Below, one piece after another: positions 49,356 to 60,747 of a DNA stretch of 64,000 bases. Made by a program: the position numbers and the translations under genes. A model generated the notes under the pieces. That model was not told the DNA's origin. It searched no databases and saw only the letters and a program-made list of their open reading frames with translations. Numbering within the stretch: position 1 is the stretch's first letter; each line of letters begins with the position of its first letter. The stretch comes from Gammaproteobacteria bacterium (lineage in GTDB: Bacteria > Pseudomonadota > Gammaproteobacteria > CAJXQU01), in the NCBI GenBank assembly GCA_965238175.1, contig CBDEGZ010000003.1, positions 96,001-160,000 of the forward strand, in the 5' to 3' direction.

Positions 49356-50111
49356 ATGACACGCGCTATAAACTTGATTGATGCTTTGAAATGTCAGTTA
49401 AAACAAACGGGTATCACCTACCGACAACTGGCGCGGCGTCTTGAACTATCTGAGTCTGCCATCAAACAAATGTTTGCTTCAGGTAACTTCTCGCTCAAAC
49501 GGCTCGACAAGATTTGTGATGTTATTGATTTGGATATTGGCGAATTGGTTGAACTGGCAATCAGTGGTCAGGATCGTATTCTAGAACTCGGGTTAGATCG
49601 CGAGCGAGAATTGGTTGCTGATATTCATCTATTGTTAGTCGCCTATTGTCTGGTTAATAACTGGACCGTTGCCGAGATCCTTGATCGTTACATTATTGAA
49701 GAACATGAGGCCACGCTACTTCTGAGTAAACTTGATCGTATGGGAATGATTGAGCTTCTTCCAGCTAATCGCGTAAGGCTATTGATCTCTCGCAGCTTTA
49801 GATGGTTAGAAAATGGACCGATTGAAAGGTTTTTTCGTACCCAGGTACAGGGTGAGTTTTTCAAAAGTAACTTCAGTAGAGATGGGGCATTAAGGCTCGT
49901 TAAAAATGGTGATATTACCAAACGTGGTCTACGACAACTCACTGAAAGAATACAAGCCACAGGTAACCTCTTCGATGAGATTTGCCACGAAGAACGTAAA
50001 CTGTTTGCAGAAGAGCGGGAAGGAACGACAATGATTCTGGCCATCCGACATTGGGAGTTTACGGCCTTTGTTGATCTGGAAAGAGAACAGAAATCGAACC
50101 TAGGTTCGTAG
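49356..50111 (+). CDS. XRE/Cro-C1 HTH transcriptional regulator
   Basis: GITYRQLARRLELSESAIKQMF HTH, SLKRLDKIC; divergent from PspA-like gene. Confidence 0.85.
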   Translation: MTRAINLIDALKCQLKQTGITYRQLARRLELSESAIKQMFASGNFSLKRLDKICDVIDLDIGELVELAISGQDRILELGLDRERELVADIHLLLVAYCLVNNWTVAEILDRYIIEEHEATLLLSKLDRMGMIELLPANRVRLLISRSFRWLENGPIERFFRTQVQGEFFKSNFSRDGALRLVKNGDITKRGLRQLTERIQATGNLFDEICHEERKLFAEEREGTTMILAIRHWEFTAFVDLEREQKSNLGS

Positions 50112-50130
50112 TCAAACTAAGCTCTATTTC

Positions 50131-50418
50131 TTAGTTCTGTTTAGCTTGTTGGCGTAGGATATAAAATTCCATCACTTCGCCAGTTTCGATCAAATGGACT
50201 ATTTCGTGACCAGTACGGGCACAATAAGCTTTGAAGTCGACCACGGCATGTGGATCTGTTGCCATGACGTGCAAAATTTCGCCATCTTCCATACGCTGCA
50301 AAGCGAGTTTTGTTTTTAAGATCGGCAGGGGACAATTCAAGCCTTTTGCATCAAGGACTTGGTTTGGTTCTGGATATATAATGTTATCTTTCACAGGGTT
50401 AAAGATAACATACTGCAC
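50131..50418 (-). CDS. TusA-family sulfur carrier
   Basis: LDAKGLNCPLP, ATDP motifs; start uncertain. Confidence 0.85.
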   Translation of the reverse strand: MQYVIFNPVKDNIIYPEPNQVLDAKGLNCPLPILKTKLALQRMEDGEILHVMATDPHAVVDFKAYCARTGHEIVHLIETGEVMEFYILRQQAKQN

Positions 50419-50486
50419 GAAATATTTTGTAAGAAAAATGACTAGCTAAATAATTCATGTGAATAAAAATAGAAGAGCCAATCAAA

Positions 50487-51977
50487 TTGAATGAGAATAA
50501 TTCTCCAAATTTTGATAATTCTTATGTGTCGTTACCAGAGCGATTTTATACTCGGTTAGCGCCAACTGAAGTATCAAACCCTGAACTAATACGAGTAAAC
50601 CATTCATTGGCTGAAAAGCTGGGAATTAATGTGAGCTGGTTAGAATCTGAACAGGGGCTACAAACGATTGCCGGTAATTTTATTCCTGAAGGATCAGAAC
50701 CTATTGCAACGGTTTATGCAGGACATCAATTTGGTAATTGGAACTCACAATTGGGTGATGGGCGTGCGATCTTGTTAGGAGAAATTTTAGATCCTGAAGA
50801 TCGAAGATACGATCTTCAACTAAAGGGTTCTGGGCCGACGCCTTATTCTCGGGGCGGTGATGGTCGAGCGCCTCTTGGCCCTATCTTACGAGAATATATC
50901 GTAAGCGAAGCAATGGCTGCACTTGGTATTCCTACGACAAGAGCGCTGGCTTGTGTGACAACAGGCAATAATGTTTATCGTGGGATTCCATCACCAGGCG
51001 CTATTCTGGCCCGCGTCGCACAAAGCCATATCCGCATAGGTCATTTCCAATTTTTTGCATCGCGTGGCGATATTGAGGGACTACGTTTATTGGCCGATCA
51101 TGTTATTCAAAGACATTATCCTGATCTGGAAAAATCTGAGAATCCGTATAGAGACTTGTATAAAGCTGTCATCAAAAAACAAGCTGCGTTAGTTGCTCAA
51201 TGGCAGCTTATTGGCTTTATTCACGGAGTGATGAATACCGATAACATGTTGCTGTCTGGAGAAACGATTGATTATGGGCCTTGTGCATTTATGGATGTTT
51301 TTGATCCTGATGTAGTGTTTAGTTCGATTGATCAAGGCGGACGTTATGCCTATGGAAAACAACCAGATATAGCGCATTGGAATTTAATGTGCCTGGGACA
51401 GTCACTTTTTCCATTGTTTGAAGAAGATGAAAAACAAGCCTTGGAAATAGCTCAAGAAGCTCTTGATCAATTTCCTGATTATTATTCCAAAGCATACCAA
51501 CAAGGGATAAATAAAAAGTTAGGTTTGGAAGAAACTATTCATGGTGACGCTGGCCAAATTTTAGGCGAGGAGCTGTTGCAGTTAATGCATCGACAGGAGC
51601 TAGATTTCACACTCACATTTCGACGGCTGGCAGAACTTGTTCAGGAAGAAAATGATCAAGCGAGTATAAGTTCAATTATTGAATTTCCAGAAACACTACA
51701 GCCATGGCTAGAAAAATGGCAAGCAGAACTTGATAAAAATATCGTAGATCGATCATTCCTGCAGTCGCAAATGTTCTTAACAAACCCGGCTTATATTCCA
51801 AGAAACCACCTTGTTGAAGAAGCCATCACTAAAGCAATAGATCAAAAAGATTTTTCAGCATTTAATCATCTGTTGGATTTATTAAAAGATCCTTTCATAT
51901 TAGATCCTGAGTTGCTCTCTTATGCAAATACACCCACATCGGATCAAATTGTTATTGCGACATTTTGTGGAACCTGA
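50487..51977 (+). CDS. selO: Protein adenylyltransferase SelO (YdiU)
   Basis: YAGHQFG, LGDGRA, QLKGSGPTPYSRGGDGRA, HGVMNTDN, IDYGP, C-terminal TFCGT. Confidence 0.93.
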   Translation: MNENNSPNFDNSYVSLPERFYTRLAPTEVSNPELIRVNHSLAEKLGINVSWLESEQGLQTIAGNFIPEGSEPIATVYAGHQFGNWNSQLGDGRAILLGEILDPEDRRYDLQLKGSGPTPYSRGGDGRAPLGPILREYIVSEAMAALGIPTTRALACVTTGNNVYRGIPSPGAILARVAQSHIRIGHFQFFASRGDIEGLRLLADHVIQRHYPDLEKSENPYRDLYKAVIKKQAALVAQWQLIGFIHGVMNTDNMLLSGETIDYGPCAFMDVFDPDVVFSSIDQGGRYAYGKQPDIAHWNLMCLGQSLFPLFEEDEKQALEIAQEALDQFPDYYSKAYQQGINKKLGLEETIHGDAGQILGEELLQLMHRQELDFTLTFRRLAELVQEENDQASISSIIEFPETLQPWLEKWQAELDKNIVDRSFLQSQMFLTNPAYIPRNHLVEEAITKAIDQKDFSAFNHLLDLLKDPFILDPELLSYANTPTSDQIVIATFCGT

Positions 51978-52215
51978 ATGAAATTTATTATGACTTTCAG
52001 GTAACCTTTCCTTTTAAAACTTTTAATAATAACAATTAAATTGAGCTCAAAAAGAACAACCCAGTTTTCTTCAATTAATGAACAAGTGGACTCAAATTTA
52101 AATTGATTGTGATATGACTAACATCGAAGATCAAAACCGATTCGATATTACTACTCTTTGTTATTGTTCTTTAAGAACAATTATCTAGTTCACGTTGTAA
52201 CAAATCGATTAATTA

Positions 52216-52380
52216 ACCTCAGATCAATTTAAGAAACGGTCACTAATGTCTGCTTCAGGCAATCAAATCATCACCTGATAAGTTCAAAGAAGGTTTGTTT
52301 TCTTTCAAACAATAAGCAATTAATCCGTCAATGAGGTTGAGCATAAAGCCATGTACAGAGCGGTCTCTGGAGTGCTCTAT
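52216..52380 (-). pseudogene. Diverged IS982 3'-end remnant with uninterrupted right IR
   Basis: Aligns by eye with 22146-22305 (e.g. CCATGTACAGAGCGGT); begins ACCTCAGATCAATTTAAG. Confidence 0.8.
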
Positions 52381-52561
52381 TGCTTTTAAGCGGATAAAAC
52401 CACTCATAGGAGAGCTGTTGTATGTTTAAATATTTATACAATTTCGTGAGGTTTACTCAGGGGCTAACTTGATTCAGCCATTGTAGATTTTACACTAGAA
52501 ATTGGGTGTTCCAGTTTTTGAAATTTACCTACATTACAAATCGACTATGATAAAGTTAATT

Positions 52562-53787
52562 TGTAGAAGTTTAGACCCAATCTGACACATCACTAAATCA
52601 AGCGGAGCGTAGCGACGCTTGATTTAGTGAGAGTTACCCGCTTTGATGTAACTGCAACGTAAACATCAAAACACAAAGAGGTAACTCTCATGATTCATAC
52701 TAATGACAAAGTTATAAAACATAAAGTTGGTCTACTCAATCTCGCTGAAGAACTCGGCAATGTCTCAAAAGCCTGCAAGATGATGGGTTTGTCCAGAGAT
52801 ACATTTTATCGCTACAAAGAAGCGGCTGATGAAGGCGGTGTAGAAGCCTTGTTTGATCGTAATCGGCGTACCCCAAATCTTAAAAACAGAATCGACCCGG
52901 CTATTGAAACCGTTGTGCTCGAGTATGCACTGGAAGAGCCCGCACATGGTCAAACGCGCACCAGTAACGAGCTGCGCAAACGGGGAACATTTGTCTCACC
53001 CAGTGGCGTTCGTTGTATCTGGCTTCGTCATGGTCTTGCTTGCTTTAAAGATCGCCTGAAGGCATTGTCTGATAAGGTAGCTGGTGAAGGCTTGATCCTC
53101 ACTGAGTCTCAAGTCGCGGCGATGGAACGCAAGAAAGACGACGATGAGGCTTGTGGCGAGATAGAGACGGCACACCCTGGTTATCTTGGCTCGCAAGATA
53201 CTTACTATGTCGGTACTTTCAAAGGCATTGGTCGGGTTTATCAACAAACGTTTGTTGATACTTACAGCAAGGTCGCTCACGCGAAACTGTACCCGACTAA
53301 AACACCGATTACGGCAGCTGACATGCTCAATGACCGCGTCCTCCCATTCTACGAAGAACAACGTTTGCCTATGTTGCGCATTTTGACAGATAGAGGGACG
53401 GAGTATTGTGGGCGAGCTGACCAGCATGATTATCAGCTTTATATGGCGTTGAACAATATCGAACACACCAAAACCAAGGTCAAATCACCTCAGACGAATG
53501 GTATTTGTGAGCGATTCCATAAGACGATCCTCAATGAGTTTTATCAAGTCGCTTTGCGTAAGAAAATTTACCAATCGATTGATGAACTGCAACTCGACCT
53601 TGACGAATGGTTGCTCAAATACAATACTCAACGAACTCACCAAGGCAAAATGTGCTGCGGGAGGACGCCGATGGAAACACTCATCGACGGACAAGCTATC
53701 TGGAAGGAAAAGTTTGTGAACTAAACTTAACCTGACAGTCAGTTACAGAAAAAGGGGTAACTGTCAGATCAAGTCTGAATTTCTACA
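52562..53787 (+). mobile_element. IS481-family element, copy 2 (1226 bp)
   Basis: TGTAGAA...TTCTACA termini; direct repeat GTTAATT at 52555-52561 and 53788-53794. Confidence 0.92.
52690..53724 (+). CDS. IS481-family transposase
   Basis: Same protein as 32424..33458 except YEEQ versus YEQQ. Confidence 0.93.
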   Translation: MIHTNDKVIKHKVGLLNLAEELGNVSKACKMMGLSRDTFYRYKEAADEGGVEALFDRNRRTPNLKNRIDPAIETVVLEYALEEPAHGQTRTSNELRKRGTFVSPSGVRCIWLRHGLACFKDRLKALSDKVAGEGLILTESQVAAMERKKDDDEACGEIETAHPGYLGSQDTYYVGTFKGIGRVYQQTFVDTYSKVAHAKLYPTKTPITAADMLNDRVLPFYEEQRLPMLRILTDRGTEYCGRADQHDYQLYMALNNIEHTKTKVKSPQTNGICERFHKTILNEFYQVALRKKIYQSIDELQLDLDEWLLKYNTQRTHQGKMCCGRTPMETLIDGQAIWKEKFVN

Positions 53788-53855
53788 GTTAATTTGTAAT
53801 GCAGGTTGTTGTAGTACTCTTGTTCTGCTTTTACAGCATTATTACTGCTACTTTT

Positions 53856-55862
53856 TTAAATAATGAAACGCTTCATCATTTGTTCCATAGCTTCGGCTTC
53901 CTGAGAAAGCTGTTCAGCTGCCGATGCGCCCTCCAAGGATGCGCTAACGGTTGATTGTATAATTTCACCAATATTTGCAACACCGTTATTTATTTCTTCA
54001 ACACCTTGAGCTTGTGCTCCACTCGCATCAGCAATTTGTTTAACCAAATCTGAAGTTTTGTGAATGCTGGTGAAAATTTCTTTTAGTCCTTCTGCCGTTT
54101 TGTCAGCAATAGCATTACCATTTCGGGTTTTCTCAGCAGACAGCTTGATGAGTTTGTTTGTTTCTTCAGCAGCAGCTGTACTTCGTGCTGCTAATACTCG
54201 CACTTCATCCGCAACAACCGCAAAACCACGTCCCTGTTCGCCTGCTCGAGCTGCTTCGATTGCAGCATTAAGCGCCAATAAGTTAGTCTGAGCTGCAATT
54301 TCATCAATCGTACTAATAAACACCGAAATACTCTGCCCTGCTTCCTGGATTTCTTCCATTGCCCGCATCATCTCATTCATACGTTCTTGACCAGATGTTG
54401 CTGCGTTTTGTGCGGTACTCACCAAGATATTTGCTTCATTCGCACTTTGTGCATTTTCCGACGTTTGTGACGATAGGTTGCTGAGCGATATAGATATCGA
54501 CTCAATATTTGCAGCTTGTTGGTTTGCTCCAGCTGATAATGAATTACTAGTATTAAAAAGTTGAGTGCTGCCACCAGCAATTTGCTTACCGGAATTTTGA
54601 ACTCGACCAAGAACATCATTTAAGTTCTCATTCATTGTCGCAAGTGCTTTTCCTAATACATCGTGTTCTGAAGCAAGTAAAACGTTCTGGGACAAATCAC
54701 CATCTGCAATTTGTTGCGCAAGAACAGCTTTTTCTTTGAGGTTATTTACCATTACACGCATTGTTGCGTATAAACTAGAACTTGATTCTCCTCGCTCTGG
54801 CATTTCAACAAAAAGATCGCCTTCTGACACAAATTTTGCAATCTTGGCTACTTCTGAAGGATCGCCTCCCATTTGTTCAATTGTTGAACGAGTAATGAAG
54901 TAAGCTATAAACACACCAAATACCATCGCAATGATCACACATAAACCTATAATAATAGTTGCTTGAGCATTACTGTTTTGCAAGGTAGGGCCTAGTTCAT
55001 CCTGAATCCCCTTGATTTCGAGCTTAATAGATTCAATGTCTTTGGCAATCATTGGACCCAAACGATCAAGCTTAGTAGTTTTAATCTCATTACGTGTATT
55101 GATCGCATCAACAACGTTTTCAAAGGCTTTTGCATACACCTTTTTATCTTCAATAACACTTGCAAGCAAAGCTCGGCGTTGCGGATTCTGCAACGATTTA
55201 TCGAGGACTTCCAAATGTTTATCCATTTCTTTAAACTCTGTTCGTACTCGATCAACAGCTGCTTGTTTATTTGAATCGAGGAATTTTCCTGAATAGAGAC
55301 GCGCTAACAATAAACTTCTTGTCGTTATAGCTGCTTCGTAGGCTGCCTCCATATCTTCGTCTTCTTTTGCAGATATCAGGATCTTAGTCAGATTTTTTTC
55401 TATCGCCGGACCTTTTTTATTGAGTACTTCATTAACAAGTTTGTTACGAGTTGCAATCAGTTCGACAACTTGTTCAAAGCTGAATTTATATTCTCCTAGA
55501 AATTCATCGACTTTGTCTATCACCTTAGCTCGTTTCGGATCGTTAATTTGTTCATGTGCATCAACCATGAATTTATTGGTTTTTCCCCAATATTCTTCAA
55601 ATTCCGCTTTGTCCTTGTCACTTGCGGTTAAGATATAGTCCTTTACATTCATTCGTACCATGAGCATATTCGCTTGCACTCGGCCAGAAAGATTGGTTTC
55701 TCTAGCCATCTCACGATAGGAGGAGAATCCGTCAGAAGCTCCTTGGATTGCCTGGTAAGCGATAATACCCGTCAATAGAAGTAATCCTAATACTACTGAA
55801 AAGGCTGTATATAGTTTTTTTTTCAAACTCAGATTTGAAAACATGGTTAAATTCGTATCCAT
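53856..55862 (-). CDS. Methyl-accepting chemotaxis protein
   Basis: Two TM segments, periplasmic helical sensor, [34 protein letters not shown]. Confidence 0.95.
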   Translation of the reverse strand: MDTNLTMFSNLSLKKKLYTAFSVVLGLLLLTGIIAYQAIQGASDGFSSYREMARETNLSGRVQANMLMVRMNVKDYILTASDKDKAEFEEYWGKTNKFMVDAHEQINDPKRAKVIDKVDEFLGEYKFSFEQVVELIATRNKLVNEVLNKKGPAIEKNLTKILISAKEDEDMEAAYEAAITTRSLLLARLYSGKFLDSNKQAAVDRVRTEFKEMDKHLEVLDKSLQNPQRRALLASVIEDKKVYAKAFENVVDAINTRNEIKTTKLDRLGPMIAKDIESIKLEIKGIQDELGPTLQNSNAQATIIIGLCVIIAMVFGVFIAYFITRSTIEQMGGDPSEVAKIAKFVSEGDLFVEMPERGESSSSLYATMRVMVNNLKEKAVLAQQIADGDLSQNVLLASEHDVLGKALATMNENLNDVLGRVQNSGKQIAGGSTQLFNTSNSLSAGANQQAANIESISISLSNLSSQTSENAQSANEANILVSTAQNAATSGQERMNEMMRAMEEIQEAGQSISVFISTIDEIAAQTNLLALNAAIEAARAGEQGRGFAVVADEVRVLAARSTAAAEETNKLIKLSAEKTRNGNAIADKTAEGLKEIFTSIHKTSDLVKQIADASGAQAQGVEEINNGVANIGEIIQSTVSASLEGASAAEQLSQEAEAMEQMMKRFII

Positions 55863-56194
55863 TACATTTCTCTTAAAAAATTTAGCTAACGGCTTTTCAC
55901 ATTAAATTGTGTACTTCAGATATAACGACCGATCTAAACAGTTCTGAAATTTAATTTCTTAACTAGAGAGATGTCAGATTGCTGAGATCCAATATTGATA
56001 TTTTTTTAACTTTTCTGTGAATCTAAAAAAATACAGGATATGCTGAGTAGCAAACAGGCAGAGGTTTGGGAACTGTTAGGCTAGAAAAACAAAATGGAAG
56101 AATGAATCATGTAAAGATCAAAACTACTTTGATCCTCATATTAAGGCAGATAACTCGACTAACTATGATTGAAGAGAACCTCGGAGCCTCTTTG

Positions 56195-57229
56195 TTATTT
56201 ATTACTTGTCGCAGCAAATTCAAATGCGTCAGAAAAAAGCCTTTCTTGTTGCAGCCCATACTCGCTAAATGATTTATGGATCGATTCGACCATAATTGGA
56301 GGCCCACTAGCATAGACGTCCATTTCTGAGAAATCCGTAATATCTTCGAGAATCGCATCATGAACAAAACCGGTTTTTCCCTGCCAATCGTCATCTAATG
56401 GGTCTGATAAGACTGGAAAATATTCTATATGATCATGTTTTTCTGCCCAGTGACTGGCAAGTTCATCTAAATACAGATCTCGTTTTGATCTGACACCCCA
56501 GTAAAGTGAAACGGGTCTCTGGTCTCCTTTCGCGATCATATGTTCTATGATTCCTTTTATTGGGGCAAAACCGGTTCCACCAGCAACAAAAATAATCGGT
56601 CGGTTACTATCTTCTCTTAAAAAGAAATTACCGTAAGGACCTTTGATACGAAGTAATGTTTTTTCTTTCATTTCATTAAAGACAATTTCAGAAAAAATAC
56701 CACCATCATAATATCGAACCTGGAGTTCTAAATACTCATCATCATGCGGAGCATTAGCAAGTGAGAAAGAGCGTTCTTTCCCATCCTTCATGAGAATATC
56801 GATATATTGGCCGGCTAGAAACTGTAATCTTTCAGTAGAAGGCAACTTTAACCAAAGCCCCATAACATCATGTGAAAGCTGTTCTAATTTCATTACCCTA
56901 GAAGGTAATGCTTTAATTGTAATTTCCTTTGTTTCAGTGATTTCTGAAGCTCTTAATACCAGATCTGTTTTAGCTCTGGCCTGACAACATAAAATCCAGC
57001 CCTGCTCGGTTTCTGTTTCAGTCAACGCTTCTGGCGTAGTTTTCCCATATTCGATTTTACCTTCAATCAAACGTGTTTTACATGCACCACAACTACCTCC
57101 TCTACATCCATAGGGGAGCTGAATTCCTTCTCTTAGGGCAGCATCCAGAATTGCCTCGTCAGTCGAGCAATTAAATTCTGTATCACTGGGGGTTAATACA
57201 ATCTTTCGTAAATCTTTATCTTTGGTCAT
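56195..57229 (-). CDS. 2Fe-2S/FAD/NAD(P)H oxidoreductase (CDP-6-deoxy-delta-3,4-glucoseen reductase family)
   Basis: PYGCRGGSCGAC, FLAGQYIDI, RSFSLAN, AGGTGFAP, LYWG. Confidence 0.88.
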   Translation of the reverse strand: MTKDKDLRKIVLTPSDTEFNCSTDEAILDAALREGIQLPYGCRGGSCGACKTRLIEGKIEYGKTTPEALTETETEQGWILCCQARAKTDLVLRASEITETKEITIKALPSRVMKLEQLSHDVMGLWLKLPSTERLQFLAGQYIDILMKDGKERSFSLANAPHDDEYLELQVRYYDGGIFSEIVFNEMKEKTLLRIKGPYGNFFLREDSNRPIIFVAGGTGFAPIKGIIEHMIAKGDQRPVSLYWGVRSKRDLYLDELASHWAEKHDHIEYFPVLSDPLDDDWQGKTGFVHDAILEDITDFSEMDVYASGPPIMVESIHKSFSEYGLQQERLFSDAFEFAATSNK

Positions 57230-57271
57230 TATTTACTCATGTGATTTTTCTGATCTCGTTTAATCCGAATT

Positions 57272-57925
57272 TTAAGGTCGACTTCTAGCACTACCCAACC
57301 AGCGAAGTAAAGGTTTCCACTGCTGCCTATCAGTTTCTGTGGTTGAAGGAGCAAGCTCAAATATTGATAGACCTTGCTCCGCAGCACGTATGTAATTTTG
57401 ACTAGCTCTGAGTACTGTCACAAAAGGAAACTTTTTTCCATCCGGTAATTTTTGTTTGGAAAGATAATCAGAAAGATCGTATCCAGCAATAGTTTTTTCA
57501 CGTACACGATTTGCAACTGTTGCTAATTTCACATCCGCCTTGACCACTTTATTAGCCCGTTTCAGATCTTCTATAAAACGTGTTGCAGCTCGCACATCTA
57601 ATGGTGAAGGCAAAATTGGTATGACGATAGTTTCTGTTCTTCTCAAAAGATCAGTTAATTGTTTACCATGGATCCCAACAGGTGCATCCATGATTAGAAC
57701 GTCTGTGTTCTTATTTGCGCGGAATTTCTCTTTACATGCCGCAACACCCTGTATTTCTGGCAGTTGATCAGATCTCACTGCCAGCCAGTCTATACTTGAT
57801 AATTGCGGATCATAATCTGCCAGCAACACAGATTTACCTTGTGTAGCATAAAAGCCAGCCAAATTTGTAGCTAATGTTGTTTTACCACAACCGCCTTTCG
57901 GATTCATGACCAAAATAGATCGCAT
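57272..57925 (-). CDS. Short ParA-family ATPase
   Basis: NPKGGCGKTT deviant Walker A, DYDPQ.S, IPILPSPLD. Confidence 0.88.
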   Translation of the reverse strand: MRSILVMNPKGGCGKTTLATNLAGFYATQGKSVLLADYDPQLSSIDWLAVRSDQLPEIQGVAACKEKFRANKNTDVLIMDAPVGIHGKQLTDLLRRTETIVIPILPSPLDVRAATRFIEDLKRANKVVKADVKLATVANRVREKTIAGYDLSDYLSKQKLPDGKKFPFVTVLRASQNYIRAAEQGLSIFELAPSTTETDRQQWKPLLRWLGSARSRP

Positions 57926-57988
57926 CGTTAAATTCGCTCCTGTTTTTCTTATTATTTTGCAGTATACCGTGTTCGCTTTGTTAAAAAA

Positions 57989-58867
57989 CTATCGAGTTCC
58001 TCGCCGTTCTAACATCAACTTTTCTGCTATTGGTGTGAAGATTAACTCCATTGCTAACGTTTTTTTACCGGCAGGGACAACAATCGTATCGGGTGTTGAC
58101 ATGAAAGACCCATCAAGCATATTCAATAAATAAGGAAAATCCACATCTAGCTTTTTATGGTTTCGTACATGAACAACCGAAAAACTTTGATCGTTGGAAG
58201 GCACTTCTCGTTCCGCAAAAGGATCAGAAGTATCGACCGTAGGGACACGTTGAAAATTAATATCTGTTCTTGAAAATTGCGGGACAATATAGTGAACATA
58301 ATCGTGCATACGACCAAGTATAGCCTGAGTCGCAGCTTCAACCGAGTGCCCACGCTCTACTCGGTCGCGCTGAATTTTTTGGATCCACTCAAGATTTATG
58401 ATCGGCACAACACCAACCAGAAGATCCACATATTTAGCGACATTGACTTTGTCCGATATCAACCCTCCGTGAAGCCCTTCGTAGAAAAGTACATCAGAAT
58501 CCTTCGGCAAGGGTTCCCAATCCGAAATTGAACCTGGTGGCAATTTGTGAAGGAAGGCTTCTTCTTCATTATGTACATACCAACGACGTCGGCCGCTACC
58601 CTTTTCTGAATATTCGCGAAAAACCGCTTCTAATTCCTCAAACAAATTTCCTTCAGGGCCAAAATGGGTAATTGTTTTTCCTTCTTCCTTAGCCGCTAAA
58701 ACCATTGATTGCATTTCAGAGCGATCATAGCGATGAAAACTATCACCTTCGATAATCGCGGACTTCATTCCTTCTCGATAGCATATATGTTCAAATGCTA
58801 TCTTAACATTCGTTGTTCCAGCTCCAGAGGAACCAGTAACTGCAATAATCGGGTGCTCGTGAGACAT
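57989..58867 (-). CDS. prkB: Phosphoribulokinase (PrkB/CbbP family)
   Basis: HPIIAVTGSSGAGT, EGDSFHRYDR, FYEGLHG, INLEWIQKI, FQRVPTVDTS. Confidence 0.9.
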   Translation of the reverse strand: MSHEHPIIAVTGSSGAGTTNVKIAFEHICYREGMKSAIIEGDSFHRYDRSEMQSMVLAAKEEGKTITHFGPEGNLFEELEAVFREYSEKGSGRRRWYVHNEEEAFLHKLPPGSISDWEPLPKDSDVLFYEGLHGGLISDKVNVAKYVDLLVGVVPIINLEWIQKIQRDRVERGHSVEAATQAILGRMHDYVHYIVPQFSRTDINFQRVPTVDTSDPFAEREVPSNDQSFSVVHVRNHKKLDVDFPYLLNMLDGSFMSTPDTIVVPAGKKTLAMELIFTPIAEKLMLERRGTR

Positions 58868-58981
58868 ACCGGATCTCTCCTTCCTATACAGATGCGATAC
58901 GTTACCTCATGTATAATTGCTTCGCAAAATTTTAGAAAAATGATGAGCTAAGAAAATGAATTTTTGTGTTGTATCAAAACT

Positions 58982-60727
58982 ATGAATGAAAGTGATCGAA
59001 AGTTATATCTACGCTTACTCCGATATGTAAAACCCTATTGGAAGCGTTTCGCTCTTTCCATACTTGGAATGGCCTTATTAGGTGCAATGGAGCCTGCTTT
59101 ACCCGCATTATTGAAACCCCTTCTTGATGGTAGTTTTGTTGATGAACCTGTTGGTGAAATATGGCTAATCCCAATTCTGCTTGTTTTGCTATTCCTGATC
59201 CGGGGTATTCTTATGTTTGCCAGCCAGATACTTTCTAAATGGGTCGCTCAACGTGTTGTGATGGATTTGAGAACGGACATCTTCAACAAATTACTTACCT
59301 TACCAACTTCTTTTTATAATGATAACTCCACAGGTTCATTAATCTCAAAAATCACCTTTGACACTGTTCAAGTTAGACAATCGACTACACGAGTTTTTGC
59401 TGTGCTAGTGAGGGACAGTTTAGCTGTCATCGGTTTAGTTCTGTATATGATCTATCTGAATTGGAAATTGAGTTTAATCGTGTTTTTGCTCGTTCCGATG
59501 ATTGGTTTCATTGTCAATATAGTTAGCAAACGTATGCGAACGATGAGCAGTTTGGTACAAGAATCGATGGGCGATATTACTCATGTTGCGCAAGAGGTCA
59601 TTGATTCACAAAAGGCTGTCAAAATTTACTCTGGCCAGGAATATGAAAAAAAACGCTTTACCAGAGCGATTAATAAAACCCGCCAATACAATATGAAAAT
59701 AGTTGTTACATCAGCGGCAAACAGCCCGATAATCCAATTTATTATGTCAATTGGACTGGCAATCGTTATTTATTATTCAACTTTTTTAGCACATAAAGGG
59801 CTGATGACCGCTGGTGAATTTGTTGCTTATTTTACCGCTATGATGATGTTGCTCGCTCCCATCAGAAGACTCGCCAAAGCGAATGAACCCTTACAAAACG
59901 GTTTGGCTGCAGCCACCAGTTTGTTTAATTTATTGGATGAAACCACAGAAACTGATCACGGCACGATGACGATTAATCGAGCCGAAGGTGCACTTCGCTT
60001 CGATCAAGTTTCAATGACCTACCAGTATGCAAAGACATCCGCCTTATCTAATATTTCCGTTGAGATCGCGCCAGGAGAGACTGTTGCGTTAGTCGGCGCA
60101 TCTGGGAGCGGTAAATCAACTTTCGCGAATTTGATCCCTCGCTTTTATTCAACCGAAAATGGAGCGATCTTTCTTGATGATCAAAATATAGAAACCATCA
60201 CTCTCGAGTCTCTGCGCCAGAACATTGCGCTAGTCAGCCAGGAAATTATGTTATTTAACGACACGATCAAAAATAATATTGCTTATGGTGCACTGCGGAA
60301 TATAACGGATGAAGAGATTACCAAAGCAGCAGCTTCAGCACATGCACTGGAATTTATCGAGAAATTACCCGATGGAATGGATACATTGATTGGTGAAAAA
60401 GGCGCGCGACTCTCTGGTGGACAACGCCAACGTCTTTCGATTGCACGTGCATTATTGAAAAATGCCCCCGTATTAATTCTTGATGAAGCAACTTCCGCAT
60501 TGGATACGGCTTCAGAAAAATACATTCAGGAAGCACTTGAACAACTACGAAAAGGACGTACTTGCATTATCATTGCTCACCGCCTATCCACCATAGAAAA
60601 TGCAGATCGAATCCTGGTGATGGAAGGGGGGCAGATTGTTGAATCTGGTACGCATATAGAGTTGATCAGAAAACAAGGCACTTACGCGCGATTACACCAG
60701 TTGAGATCTTCTGAAGAAATATCTTAG
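58982..60727 (+). CDS. msbA: Lipid A export ABC transporter MsbA
   Basis: LYLRLLRYVKPY start, TM domain, GASGSGKST, LSGGQRQR, LDEATSALD. Confidence 0.88.
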   Translation: MNESDRKLYLRLLRYVKPYWKRFALSILGMALLGAMEPALPALLKPLLDGSFVDEPVGEIWLIPILLVLLFLIRGILMFASQILSKWVAQRVVMDLRTDIFNKLLTLPTSFYNDNSTGSLISKITFDTVQVRQSTTRVFAVLVRDSLAVIGLVLYMIYLNWKLSLIVFLLVPMIGFIVNIVSKRMRTMSSLVQESMGDITHVAQEVIDSQKAVKIYSGQEYEKKRFTRAINKTRQYNMKIVVTSAANSPIIQFIMSIGLAIVIYYSTFLAHKGLMTAGEFVAYFTAMMMLLAPIRRLAKANEPLQNGLAAATSLFNLLDETTETDHGTMTINRAEGALRFDQVSMTYQYAKTSALSNISVEIAPGETVALVGASGSGKSTFANLIPRFYSTENGAIFLDDQNIETITLESLRQNIALVSQEIMLFNDTIKNNIAYGALRNITDEEITKAAASAHALEFIEKLPDGMDTLIGEKGARLSGGQRQRLSIARALLKNAPVLILDEATSALDTASEKYIQEALEQLRKGRTCIIIAHRLSTIENADRILVMEGGQIVESGTHIELIRKQGTYARLHQLRSSEEIS

Positions 60728-60747
60728 TATTCGAAAAATTTACCTAA

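Noticed and set aside
52482-52520. TGTAGATTTTACACTAG, possible further IS end
   Set aside because: No partner IR or transposase fragment recognised
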